A stretch of 64,000 nucleotides of DNA from Solirubrobacterales bacterium (lineage in GTDB: Bacteria > Actinomycetota > Thermoleophilia > Solirubrobacterales > 70-9). Both the position numbers and the translations under genes were made by a program. The notes under the pieces were generated by a model. It saw only the letters and a program-made list of their open reading frames with translations, did not search any database and was not told the origin of the DNA. This document shows positions 1 to 8,691 of this stretch, piece by piece. The first letter of the stretch is position 1. Every line of letters starts with the position of its first letter. The DNA lies in contig DATIPH010000031.1 in assembly GCA_035472275.1 (NCBI GenBank), positions 14,983-78,982 on the forward strand, given 5' to 3'.

Positions 1-1
1 C

Positions 2-268
2 GAGCACTGGGAGGCATTGCGCGACGGGGTCGTCGTCTCCCTGCAGGCCGGGATCGACGCCGGCGGCTCCTCGATCGACGACTACCGCGACGGCCGCGGC
101 GAGAAAGGAACGATGCAGGAGAAGTTCCTCGTCCACACCCGCGAGGGCGAGCCCTGCCCCTCCTGCAAGGGCGAGATCGTCCGCATCGTCGTCGGCGGCC
201 GCTCGACCTACTTCTGCCCGAGTTGCCAGGTGAAGCTGCGGCGGAAACCGCGGCGCCGACGCGCATAG
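2..268 (+). CDS. mutM: Formamidopyrimidine-DNA glycosylase (Fpg/MutM), C-terminal fragment; 5' end outside window
   Basis: Frame is open from the window edge. It ends with the Fpg/Nei zinc finger CPSCKGEIVRIVVGGRSTYFCPSCQ. Confidence 0.85.
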   Translation, partial: EHWEALRDGVVVSLQAGIDAGGSSIDDYRDGRGEKGTMQEKFLVHTREGEPCPSCKGEIVRIVVGGRSTYFCPSCQVKLRRKPRRRRA

Positions 269-300
269 TTCGATCCGGTCCGTCGGTCACATTTGGTGAC

Positions 301-1026
301 GTGCCGGGAACCACGGTCAAGACTGAGGCAATCGTCCTCCGCAGCATCCGCTACGGGGAGGCGGACCGGATCCTGCACCTCTACTCGCGCGACCGGGGGC
401 GGATCGGGGCGATCGCAAAGGGTGCCCGCAAGCCGAAATCCCGCTTCGGCGGGCGCTTGGAGCCGTTCTTCCGCCTCGACCTCCTGCTCCACGAAGGCCG
501 CAGCGACCTGATGACGGTGACCGGCGTCACCACCATCGACGGCTACCCCCGGCTGCGCTCCTCCGGCCCGGCGCTGACCGCTGGCGCCCGCGCTTGCGAC
601 GCGTTCCTGCGCCTGCTCGACTCGGCCGAGCCCAACCCGCCCGCCTACAACCTCCTCTGCCGCTACCTGCAGTTGCTCGACGAACCGCAGCAGGAGCCGC
701 GCGGCGCCGGCCTCGAAGCGGCCCTCTCGTTCCGGATCAAGCTGGCGCTGGTTGCCGGCTTCGCCCCGGAGCTCGCCGCCTGCGCGCTCTGCGGCGAGGC
801 CGAGCACCTGGCTGGCTTCTCGGGCGCTGCCGGCGGTGTCGTTTGCTCCAGCTGCGAAGCCGGCTCCTTCCCGCTCACCGAGGAAGCCCACGCGTTCATG
901 GTCGAGGCGCTGGCGAAGCCACTGGCCGAGGCGCCGGAGGCGGAGCCGCTGGCGCTGCGCCAAGTCGAGCGCGCGGTGGGGGAGACCTTGGAGCATCACG
1001 CGCACGTTCAACTCCGGGCGGCCTGA
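301..1026 (+). CDS. recO: DNA repair protein RecO
   Basis: VKTEAIVLRSIRYGEADRILHLYSRDRGRIGAIAKGARKPKSRFGG plus the C-terminal Cys pairs (CALCGE, CSSCE) match RecO. The track start at 223 overlaps mutM; GTG at 301 gives a typical RecO N-terminus. Confidence 0.85.
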   Translation: MPGTTVKTEAIVLRSIRYGEADRILHLYSRDRGRIGAIAKGARKPKSRFGGRLEPFFRLDLLLHEGRSDLMTVTGVTTIDGYPRLRSSGPALTAGARACDAFLRLLDSAEPNPPAYNLLCRYLQLLDEPQQEPRGAGLEAALSFRIKLALVAGFAPELAACALCGEAEHLAGFSGAAGGVVCSSCEAGSFPLTEEAHAFMVEALAKPLAEAPEAEPLALRQVERAVGETLEHHAHVQLRAA

Positions 1027-1152
1027 GACGCCTGCAAACCTGCGCAGCTCGGCGTCGTCGGTCGCTTATGTGCAGAGCACATGCGCTCCTCCTCCTTGAT
1101 CTGTTTGGTTTTCGGCGTCTCAGCCCCGCCCGGGCGGGCCTATGATCGGGTC

Positions 1153-2163
1153 GTGCCCGCCACCGCCACCTTCGAGGACCGGATCCGCGCTTTGGAGGAC
1201 GAGTTCCTCGCCGAGCACGCGACCCGCTCTTATCCTGCCCGCCGTCTTGTCGAGGAGCCGGACAGCCCGCTGCGGACGCCGTTCCAGCGTGACCGCGACC
1301 GGGTCGTCCACTCGAAGTCCTTCCGCCGCCTCAAGCACAAGACCCAGGTCTTCGTTGCCCCCGAGGGCGACCACTACCGGACCCGGCTTACGCACACGCT
1401 CGAGGCCTGCGGGATCGCCCGCACCGTGGCCCGGGCTCTGCGCCTGAATGAGGACCTGACCGAGGCAATCGGCCTCGGCCACGATCTCGGCCACCCGCCC
1501 TTCGGCCACGCCGGCGAGGCGACCCTCAACGCCGCCCTACGCGAGCGCTGCGGGATCGGCTTCAAGCACAACGATCACTCGCTGCGGGTGGTCGAGGTGC
1601 TCGAGCGTGACGGGGCTGGCCTCAACCTCACTGAGCAGGTCCGCGACGGCATCCTCAACCACACCGGGCCCAACAAGCCGGCGACGCTGGAGGGGCGGAT
1701 CGTGAAGCTGGTCGATCGCGTCGCCTACATCAACCACGACATCGACGACGCCGTGCGGGCCGGGATTCTGCGCACCGAGGACCTGCCGGCGGCGGAGATC
1801 GAGCTACTCGGCCCGACCGGGTCGCTGCGGATCGACACCCTGGTCAAGGACATCGTCGAGAACTCGGAGGGCAGCGGCGACATCGTCCAGAGCGAGGAGA
1901 TCGGCGGCGCGATGCTGCGGCTGCGCAAGTTCATGTTCGACCGCGTCTACCTCGGGCCCGACGCCCGCCGCGAGCACGTCCGGGTTGAACGGGCGATGCG
2001 CGGCCTCTTCGACCACTACCTGGAGCACCCCGGCGAGGTCCCCACCTACGACGTCGGGGCCAGCGACTGCCAGCGCGTCGCCGACTACCTCGCCGGGATG
2101 ACCGACCGCTACTGCATCGCCAAGTTCACCGAGCTGACCGTCCCCGAGGAGTCGCGGTTCTAA
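1153..2163 (+). CDS. dgt: dGTP triphosphohydrolase-like HD-domain protein
   Basis: RTPFQRDRDRVVHSKSFRRLKHKTQVF, GDHYRTRLTHTLE and GHDLGHPPFGH are the dGTPase/HD motifs. GTG at 1153 is preferred over the track start at 1081. Confidence 0.85.
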   Translation: MPATATFEDRIRALEDEFLAEHATRSYPARRLVEEPDSPLRTPFQRDRDRVVHSKSFRRLKHKTQVFVAPEGDHYRTRLTHTLEACGIARTVARALRLNEDLTEAIGLGHDLGHPPFGHAGEATLNAALRERCGIGFKHNDHSLRVVEVLERDGAGLNLTEQVRDGILNHTGPNKPATLEGRIVKLVDRVAYINHDIDDAVRAGILRTEDLPAAEIELLGPTGSLRIDTLVKDIVENSEGSGDIVQSEEIGGAMLRLRKFMFDRVYLGPDARREHVRVERAMRGLFDHYLEHPGEVPTYDVGASDCQRVADYLAGMTDRYCIAKFTELTVPEESRF

Positions 2164-3947
2164 TGGCGCTGATCTCGGCCGAGAGTCTGGAACGGGTTAA
2201 GCAGACGGCGGACATCGTCGAGGTGATCTCGGCCCACACCGACCTGCGCCGCCAGGGAGCCCGCTGGGTCGGCCTCTGCCCGTTCCACGAGGAGCGCACG
2301 CCCTCGTTCTCGGTCGATGCCCAGGAGAAGCTCTACCACTGCTTCGGCTGCGGGGTCGGGGGCGACGTGATCAAGTTCGTCGAGGAGAAGGAGGGGCTCG
2401 GCTTCGCCGAGGCGGTCGAGATCCTCGCCGATCGTTACGGGGTCGAGCTCGAGCGCGAGCAGGAGGACCCGCGGGCGGAGGCGCGGCGCCAGCAGCGCCG
2501 CCGCCTCGAGCAGCTGCTGGAGCGGACTGCCGCCTACTACGCCTCCTACCTCTGGGATTCCGAGGAGGCCGGTAAGGCGCGCGGTTACCTCGCCGAGCGC
2601 GGCCTGAATGAGGAGGTGCTGCGCGCCTTCGGCGTCGGCTTCGCCCCCAGCGCCTGGGACAAGATCCTCGTCCGCGGCCAGCAGGCTGGCTTCAGCGTCG
2701 CCGAGCTGCGCGGCGTCGGACTCGTCCAGCGCAACCAGCGGGGCGGCGAGTACGACCGCTTCCGCTCCCGGATCATGTTCCCGATCCGCGACCGCCGCGG
2801 CCGCACGCTGGGCTTTGGCGGCCGCGCGATGCGCTCCGAGCAAGGCGCCAAGTACGTCAACACGGCCGAGACGGACTTCTTCCACAAGAGCCAGATCCTC
2901 TACGGCGTCGATCTGGCGAAAGCGGCGATCGCCAAGGCCGGCCGCGCGGTCGTCGTCGAGGGCTATACCGACGTGCTCGCACTGCGCCAGGCCGGAGTCG
3001 AGGAGGTGATCGCGGTGATGGGGACGGCGATCACCGGTGAGCAGGTGGCGACGCTCTCGGGGATGGTCGACGAGGTGGTGCTCGCGCTCGACGCCGACTC
3101 GGCCGGCCAGGAGGCGATGCTGCGAGCGCAGCGGGTGGCGGCCGGGCGCAAGATGCGACTGCGAGTGGCGGCGATGCCGGCGGGCGTCGACCCGGCGGAG
3201 ATGATGGCCGAGGAGGGGGGCGCGGAGCGCTTCCGCAAGCTGGTCGACGACGCGGTCGAGCTCACCTCCTTCCAGGTCGGACTGGTGCTCGAGGGCACCG
3301 ACGTCGGCTCGCCGGTGGCGCGCGACCGCGCCTTGGAAGATGTGGCGCCGGTCTTGGCCGGGATGGGCGAGTCGGCAAGCCGCGACGAGCTCGTGCGCAG
3401 GGTCGCGGAGCGGCTCGACCTCGAGCCGGCGATGGTGATGGGACGGGTGGTGGCGGCGACGCCGGCTACCGGCGGGGCCGCAGCCGAGCCCACGGCCCCG
3501 CGCCGGAGCGCGCCGGCGCCGCAGGCCCCGCGCCGCGCCGCCGAACTGACCTCGCGTGAGCGCCGCGAGCGGGCGCTGCTGGCGATGTGCATCGCGATGC
3601 CCGACGAGGGCGCCGAGTTCCTCGCCCGCCTCACCGACGCCCACCTCTCGGCGACCGGAGCACAGGCCGCGGCCTGGTTGCGCCAGCACCCGGACGACCC
3701 CGCTTCCAACCTCCCTCAGGACGCCGAGATGGCAGGCCTGATCACCGAACTGGTGATGCTCTCCCGCGACCAGCCCGCCTCGGAAGAGGCGATGGAGCTG
3801 AACTTCCTGCTGCTCGAGCAGCGCCGGATCGAGGGCGACATCGCCGCCGCCGGGGAACGCGGGGACTACGAGCGCCGGGCCGCGCTCAGCCGTGAGCGGG
3901 CGGCGCTGGTGGAACGAATCGCCCACGCGCAGCGGGTCGGGTCCTGA
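2163..3947 (+). CDS. dnaG: DNA primase DnaG
   Basis: Zinc-binding CPFHEERTPSFSVDAQEKLYHCFGCGVGGDVIKFV, followed by Toprim-like EGYTDVLAL. The ATG overlaps the dgt stop. Confidence 0.95.
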   Translation: MALISAESLERVKQTADIVEVISAHTDLRRQGARWVGLCPFHEERTPSFSVDAQEKLYHCFGCGVGGDVIKFVEEKEGLGFAEAVEILADRYGVELEREQEDPRAEARRQQRRRLEQLLERTAAYYASYLWDSEEAGKARGYLAERGLNEEVLRAFGVGFAPSAWDKILVRGQQAGFSVAELRGVGLVQRNQRGGEYDRFRSRIMFPIRDRRGRTLGFGGRAMRSEQGAKYVNTAETDFFHKSQILYGVDLAKAAIAKAGRAVVVEGYTDVLALRQAGVEEVIAVMGTAITGEQVATLSGMVDEVVLALDADSAGQEAMLRAQRVAAGRKMRLRVAAMPAGVDPAEMMAEEGGAERFRKLVDDAVELTSFQVGLVLEGTDVGSPVARDRALEDVAPVLAGMGESASRDELVRRVAERLDLEPAMVMGRVVAATPATGGAAAEPTAPRRSAPAPQAPRRAAELTSRERRERALLAMCIAMPDEGAEFLARLTDAHLSATGAQAAAWLRQHPDDPASNLPQDAEMAGLITELVMLSRDQPASEEAMELNFLLLEQRRIEGDIAAAGERGDYERRAALSRERAALVERIAHAQRVGS

Positions 3948-3991
3948 GTCGGTAAATTCCGAGCGGTCCGGGCTCTTTACCCGGCATCCGG

Positions 3992-4064
3992 TCCGGGGTA
4001 GCTCAATCGGCAGAGCATTCGACTGTTAATCGAAGGGTTGTGGGTTCGAGTCCCACCCCCGGAG
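3992..4064 (+). tRNA. tRNA-Asn (anticodon GTT)
   Basis: Hand-folded cloverleaf: acceptor TCCGGGG/CCCCGGA, D arm GCTCAATCGGCAGAGC, anticodon loop CTGTTAA, T arm GTGGGTTCGAGTCCCAC, discriminator G. Confidence 0.9.
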
Positions 4065-4137
4065 CTTCGCGGCGCTAGAGCTTTTAAGGCGACACGATTG
4101 ATGGCGCATCGCCTTTGTTCATGCGGAAAGCCGGTTG

Positions 4138-4168
4138 CTGTGCGCCAGTCCGTGCGCCAGTCGCCCCG
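4138..4168 (+). repeat. Copy 1 of tandem-motif box CTGTGCGCCAGTCCGTGCGCCAGTCGCCCCG
   Basis: Internal 12-nt-spaced duplication of GTGCGCCAG. A near-identical box lies at 7552-7583. Confidence 0.7.
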
Positions 4169-4219
4169 CCCGGATTCCAAACGCCCTCCCGACCGGGCGC
4201 GTCCATCTGCTTGCCTAGC

Positions 4220-4600
4220 ATGAGGACAACGGAAGCTCTCAAGCTTTCCCGAAAGGCCAAGATGGACGTAACTGGAACCATCGGCACTGCCTGGCGACAT
4301 AACGAGCTCGTTGGCGAGTTCGTGTTGCGTGGCGGCCGGGAGGCAGGAGCGGGAGGCCGGGTTGCGGAGCACGTCGAAATTCTGTTCCCTAGCTTCCTCG
4401 CCGTTGCGATTCGGCCCGAGCTAGAAAAGATTGTGAAAAAGGAACGCCTCCCAGAGGCTCTGATCCTCGACCTGGAGCTTGCCGATGGGAGAAAAATAAG
4501 CGGCTGTGAGGTTGCTGGATTCTGGGGGGGAGAACTCGGGGAGCGCTGGTTCGGAATTGACCTCGACCTCGATGAACTCGCCCGGGAATCTTTGGGCTAG
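4220..4600 (+). CDS. Hypothetical protein (126 aa)
   Basis: Inner ATG of track ORF 4115..4600. No recognisable motif. First ORF of the island. Confidence 0.3.
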   Translation: MRTTEALKLSRKAKMDVTGTIGTAWRHNELVGEFVLRGGREAGAGGRVAEHVEILFPSFLAVAIRPELEKIVKKERLPEALILDLELADGRKISGCEVAGFWGGELGERWFGIDLDLDELARESLG

Positions 4601-4985
4601 CCCCTCAAACCTCTCCCCCGCCAGACTCAGGGCGGGAAGCGCTCCAAGTTAAGAGCCGTCCAGTTTCCCAATCGTGCCGCCCTCTCCCTCTAGCGCCTCG
4701 ATGACACCTTCGCGCGCCGTCGCCAGACGGCTCAGGTTGTAGTGGCTGAGAGATGCACCGCTTACGGCGGAGTTGAGATCTCCCTTTGCGTAGCCGTGCC
4801 AACCTCGCGGACCAAGGCCTTGTCTGCATACCCCGTTTGCTAGCGCGGCGATTCCACCCCGTCTACCAACGTACTTAGGTACTTATGCGCATCGGAATAT
4901 TTGCGAAACAACTGCTTTCAAATGCGACGGCGAGGAAGTGTGGACGGGAGGCCAAGGGCCGCTTGGCCTCGAACTGCGAGAGCCG

Positions 4986-5213
4986 CTAGCTCGCCGCTTC
5001 GCTGCGCGCGACGGCGGCGAGAAGACCGTTGCCGATGCACTCTTCGCGGGCGATTCGCTCCTCGTGCGTGGCGCCGAAAAACAAGCGATCGGCATCCGGC
5101 TGGGGGACCCTTGGCCTGTGGTCTCGAAGCGCTTTCGCCCTACGCAGGAATTCGTCGGCGACCTCTTTGACTCGAGATCTCTCGCTCGAAGAGAGGCAAT
5201 TCTCGGACCTCAT
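4986..5213 (-). CDS. Hypothetical small protein (75 aa) downstream of the methylase
   Basis: Track ORF on the same strand as the methylase operon. No motif recognised; competing ORFs exist in other frames. Confidence 0.25.
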   Translation of the reverse strand: MRSENCLSSSERSRVKEVADEFLRRAKALRDHRPRVPQPDADRLFFGATHEERIAREECIGNGLLAAVARSEAAS

Positions 5214-5264
5214 ACGAACAGCGTACGCCTGCTGTCAGTCGAGATAGCGCTCAAGCGATCGGCG

Positions 5265-6146
5265 TCAAACAGGAGCTACGAAAGCGGCGCCAGCATCGCC
5301 CAGGCCTTCGAGCGTAGAGACCTGTAGCGCTGGCGCGAAGACCGCAAACTCGCGACCGACATGCTGGACGGCCGCGCTGTGAGAAAGGCTGAACTCGGCA
5401 CAGCGGAGCCCCGCGTAAAGATCCTCTGTGACCCGCGGATCGGCGTCGTAGGTAAGAAACCAGCGGCCGCCTTGGCGAAGCAAGGTCGAGAGTCGGACGT
5501 GGTCTTCCCAGTCGAGCGTGTCTAGGTAAAGGTGATCGCCTTTCCCGAGATATGGCGGGTCGGCATAGATGAAGGAATCCGCCTCGCGGACGAACCTTGA
5601 AATGAGGTCAATGCCGTCAACTTCCTCTACCGAGACTCGGCTCTGGTACTGAGCAAGGGCGCGGATACGTTGCGTCAGGCGATCCTTGTCGAAGCGGGCG
5701 TCAATTTTCCACCGGCCGCTCTGGTCGTACCCTCCGATGGGCCGCGCGTCGAGAATCCCGGAACGATTGGTCCGGTTCAGAAAGAACAGAGCGAACCCGA
5801 GCGCTACGTCGTCGTCGGGGCGAGCCAGATAGACCTCGCGCTGCCGATGCCATTCCGCCACGTTGACCTCGCAGTCGCTAAGGCATTCGAGCAGCTCATC
5901 GGGTGATTCGAAGACCGCTCGCCAGAACGCGGCGATTCCGGGGTTCAAGTCATTGATGACGATTTCGTCCACGTACTCATTCACGAGCAGCCGAAGACCA
6001 ACTCCAGCACCGCCCGCAAACGGCTCGATATAGATCGAGGGCCGTGGATTCTGCTGATCGAGCAGGGCTCCAATGAAGGCCGCGAGTCTTCCCTTTCCAC
6101 CCGGATATCGAAGTGGGCTCAGGTATCGCGCCGGGACCCTAGGCAT
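5265..6146 (-). CDS. D12-class N6-adenine DNA methyltransferase (Dam-like)
   Basis: LRYPGGKGRL near the N-terminus, AdoMet motif EPFAGGAGVG, catalytic DPPY (FIYADPPYLGKG). Confidence 0.85.
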   Translation of the reverse strand: MPRVPARYLSPLRYPGGKGRLAAFIGALLDQQNPRPSIYIEPFAGGAGVGLRLLVNEYVDEIVINDLNPGIAAFWRAVFESPDELLECLSDCEVNVAEWHRQREVYLARPDDDVALGFALFFLNRTNRSGILDARPIGGYDQSGRWKIDARFDKDRLTQRIRALAQYQSRVSVEEVDGIDLISRFVREADSFIYADPPYLGKGDHLYLDTLDWEDHVRLSTLLRQGGRWFLTYDADPRVTEDLYAGLRCAEFSLSHSAAVQHVGREFAVFAPALQVSTLEGLGDAGAAFVAPV

Positions 6147-7428
6147 TGTCGTTCAGCGCTTGGAGGAACGGCTCAAGGTTCGCGGCGATCGAGCGAATAC
6201 CTGAGCCGTCGGGATGGAAGTGGGGATTGTGGACGAACCCGTGCAGCGTGGCGACCGCGAACATGCTCGTGCCGTCAGAAAGACCCTGGCGAACCCCCTG
6301 GAACCGTTCGTCCTTCTGAGAGGGATCGACGGCATAGAGCGCGCGCTGAATTCGTTTTTTCAGTTTCCCATCGGTGGCGAGGCCCTTTTTGGCGATGAAC
6401 TGATCTATCGAAAGTTCCAAGATCGCACGGGTCAACAGGGCTGCCGCATTGGGAAGTTGGTCCACATCGACGCTCCGGAACTCCCCCAGGATTAGGTCCG
6501 TGCGTCCCCCGAGTTGGCTCAGGTCAAGACCGGCGAAGGGCCGCGGCGGTTTTTTCGGCCGCTTCGGTTTCTGCGGTTTGGGTTTCGGTTTCGCCTGGTT
6601 GGAGGCGTCCAGGGGTTTTGCAGTTGCTCGGCGCTTGTTCGGGTCGGGTTCTGGCGTCTGTTCTAGGTATTTCTTTCGGTCGGGCTTTTTCCGAATTTCG
6701 CTAACACCGATTTCAGAAGCGAAATCTCCAAGGACGTGCTCCACGAAGGCCTCAAGCTCTTTGGCCGAAAACTGGAAGGACAGGGAGCCGTTGACATCTT
6801 CCATCCCGATTCGCTTGCGGAACTCTTGATCGAGGACAAGGCGGCCAAGGGTCGTGAGGCGTTTGTTGGCGACCTCGGCCACGAGCGTCTGGATCACGTT
6901 GTTCTTTGGGTAGGCCTTCGAGATCTCTTCCAGGAATCGGATAGCCGCCCCAGCCTCACGGCCGGGCTTGGCGAAGCGGTTCGCCGCCATGGCGTTCCAG
7001 GGAACAACGCCCGCACCCTGCGCCTCACCACCATGCCGCAGAACCATCCAGTGTTTTGCCTCTTTGCGGGAAGGGACGATGGCGCAATCAGCCTCGGTTG
7101 GCAGAGGCCCTTTCGCTGCCAGGCGCCGCATCTGTTTCTCGATCGGGGTCCCGTCAGCCAAGCTCGGATTGCTGAGGATCTTCACGACCGCGATCCGTCG
7201 ATTGCCCTCGACAACGGTGTAGTTCCGCCCAGCCTTGATAACCAGAAGTCGATCTATTGGGCTCAGGCTGTTTTTCAGAATGTCCGCAGCGAGAACTGCG
7301 AGCTTCTGTCGCTCGCTCGCGATGAGCGCCGCGATCGCATCTTTTTGAGATGGAACTTTTCCGTGGCGGGGATTTTCCGTATCGAGGAGCAGCTTTCCGA
7401 CCGGGATCGTCTTCATTTCAATGGCCAT
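6139..7428 (-). CDS. ParB/sulfiredoxin-fold N-terminal domain protein with KP-rich linker and unassigned C-terminal domain (429 aa)
   Basis: IPVGKLLLDTENPRH and VVEGNRRIAVVKIL are ParB-N motifs; the linker is KPKPKPQKPKRPKKPPRP. Start taken at ATG 7428 (MAIEMK), since the 134-codon upstream extension of the track ORF looks non-coding. The stop overlaps the methylase ATG by 8 nt. Confidence 0.75.
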   Translation of the reverse strand: MAIEMKTIPVGKLLLDTENPRHGKVPSQKDAIAALIASERQKLAVLAADILKNSLSPIDRLLVIKAGRNYTVVEGNRRIAVVKILSNPSLADGTPIEKQMRRLAAKGPLPTEADCAIVPSRKEAKHWMVLRHGGEAQGAGVVPWNAMAANRFAKPGREAGAAIRFLEEISKAYPKNNVIQTLVAEVANKRLTTLGRLVLDQEFRKRIGMEDVNGSLSFQFSAKELEAFVEHVLGDFASEIGVSEIRKKPDRKKYLEQTPEPDPNKRRATAKPLDASNQAKPKPKPQKPKRPKKPPRPFAGLDLSQLGGRTDLILGEFRSVDVDQLPNAAALLTRAILELSIDQFIAKKGLATDGKLKKRIQRALYAVDPSQKDERFQGVRQGLSDGTSMFAVATLHGFVHNPHFHPDGSGIRSIAANLEPFLQALNDNA

Positions 7429-7436
7429 GGCGCGGC

Positions 7437-7466
7437 AGTATCTCCGGTTACACAGATTTGCGTCAA
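7437..7466 (-). promoter_or_regulatory. Possible promoter of the ParB-like/methylase operon (TTGACG, 18 nt, GATACT)
   Basis: Hexamers read on the minus strand. The -10 element ends 8 nt before the ATG, implying a very short or absent leader. Confidence 0.3.
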
Positions 7467-7551
7467 CATCGTCCAGTGATCGGGAAGCTTCATGTCGGTT
7501 TTTAATTCGCCCTGCAGACCTCAGCGCGCGACCCCGCGAACGGCACCCGCT

Positions 7552-7583
7552 CTGTGCGCCAGTTTGTGCGCCAGCCGGCCCCG
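7552..7583 (+). repeat. Copy 2 of tandem-motif box CTGTGCGCCAGTTTGTGCGCCAGCCGGCCCCG
   Basis: Matches 4138-4168 at 21 of the 23 core positions. Lies about 125 nt upstream of the ParB-like start, next to the hairpin CCGGAAACAGCCGGTTTCC. Confidence 0.7.
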
Positions 7584-7893
7584 GAAACAGCCGGTTTCCA
7601 CCGGCCGCAACCGGGCGAAGCAACGCAGCGTTTTGGCCTGGGCAGCACGGCGCAAACCCAATGCTGATGCCGTAGAACGCCGCAAACCCAGTTGTGGAGC
7701 GGAAGTCCTGGGACAAGACTCGAAACACGATCCAGTGGTGGCCCGAATTCGTGAACTCCACGCTCAACGCTACAAATCCGGCTACGGAGCCGACTGATTC
7801 AGTATGCGTGAGGCGGCTCGAACGCGTCAAGGGGGCCGGCTTTCCCAGCGATGGGCTATCGGAATCGCAGCCGTTCTTTTCTAGGGCGTGAAC

Positions 7894-8301
7894 CTAGAAG
7901 TGCTGCCCGAGAATGAAGCCAACGACCGAGACGACTACACCGCTGCCAATCTGAATCACCCAGGGATGATTCATGATCTGCTTCCAGTGGGACTCATCCT
8001 CGGTTGGCAGCTCGACTTGCGATTCTTGGATCGAGTCACTGATGGCTTTTAGTTCAGGCGGCCCAAGGTGAACCGCTGGGGCAGGAAGCCGGGGCTCGAT
8101 TCGAGGCCCTGGCTTGATCGGTTCTATGTCGATGAACGTACTTGCTTGATTTGCTTCTGCAAGAAGCGATTTGTAGGCAGATGATTCGAGCAGCTTTGCT
8201 CGGATCGACTGCAACGCCAATTCGACTTCCGGCGTCTTGGCCAGCTTGCTTGCGAAGTCCGGCGCTCTTTGGGTCAGCTGCTGAAATAACTCCGAATCCA
8301 T
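7894..8301 (-). CDS. Hypothetical tail-anchored membrane protein (135 aa)
   Basis: Single C-terminal hydrophobic helix WVIQIGSGVVVSVVGFILG. No other motif. Confidence 0.55.
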   Translation of the reverse strand: MDSELFQQLTQRAPDFASKLAKTPEVELALQSIRAKLLESSAYKSLLAEANQASTFIDIEPIKPGPRIEPRLPAPAVHLGPPELKAISDSIQESQVELPTEDESHWKQIMNHPWVIQIGSGVVVSVVGFILGQHF

Positions 8302-8395
8302 GCGGACAAAATCGCAGTCGGATCAGACGGATACTGCGAACGGACCTTCCGGGCGCAGGGCCTAGACCAGCAATAGGAGCAGATCAGCTCGGTGC

Positions 8396-8623
8396 TCATT
8401 TCCCCGACTCCAAAAGGCTCAGCGGCTCCACATCCAGCTTGCCCGCGATCTTCTCGACGTTCTTCAGCGTCAGGTTGCGCTCACCGCGCTCCAGGCCACC
8501 GACATAGGTGCGGTGGAGGCCGAGAGCGGTTGCAAAGTCGGCCTGGCTGAGGCCGCGAGCTTGGCGGTAGGTCCGCAGGTTCTGCCCGACGATGCGTTGG
8601 AGGTCGCCTTCCATTGGGAGCAA
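8396..8623 (-). CDS. XRE-family helix-turn-helix regulator (75 aa)
   Basis: LRTYRQARGLSQADFATALGLHRTYVGGLERGERNLTL is a classic Cro/C1 HTH. Confidence 0.85.
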   Translation of the reverse strand: MLPMEGDLQRIVGQNLRTYRQARGLSQADFATALGLHRTYVGGLERGERNLTLKNVEKIAGKLDVEPLSLLESGK

Positions 8624-8691
8624 TCAAACATGGAAGGGCTGACGAACGCCATACCCAATGAGGCAATTCGCGCTTTGGGACTGCCCCCGCG

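Noticed and set aside
2160-3926. 588-aa minus-strand ORF covering all of dnaG
   Set aside because: It is antisense to a primase gene with clear motifs. The translation is Arg/Gly/Ala/Leu-rich low-information sequence, typical of shadow ORFs in high-GC DNA.
7429-7830. 134-codon upstream extension of the ParB-like ORF
   Set aside because: The extension has no protein-like features. The ParB N-domain starts right at MAIEMKTIPVGK, and a promoter-like TTGACG/GATACT pair lies just upstream of ATG 7428.
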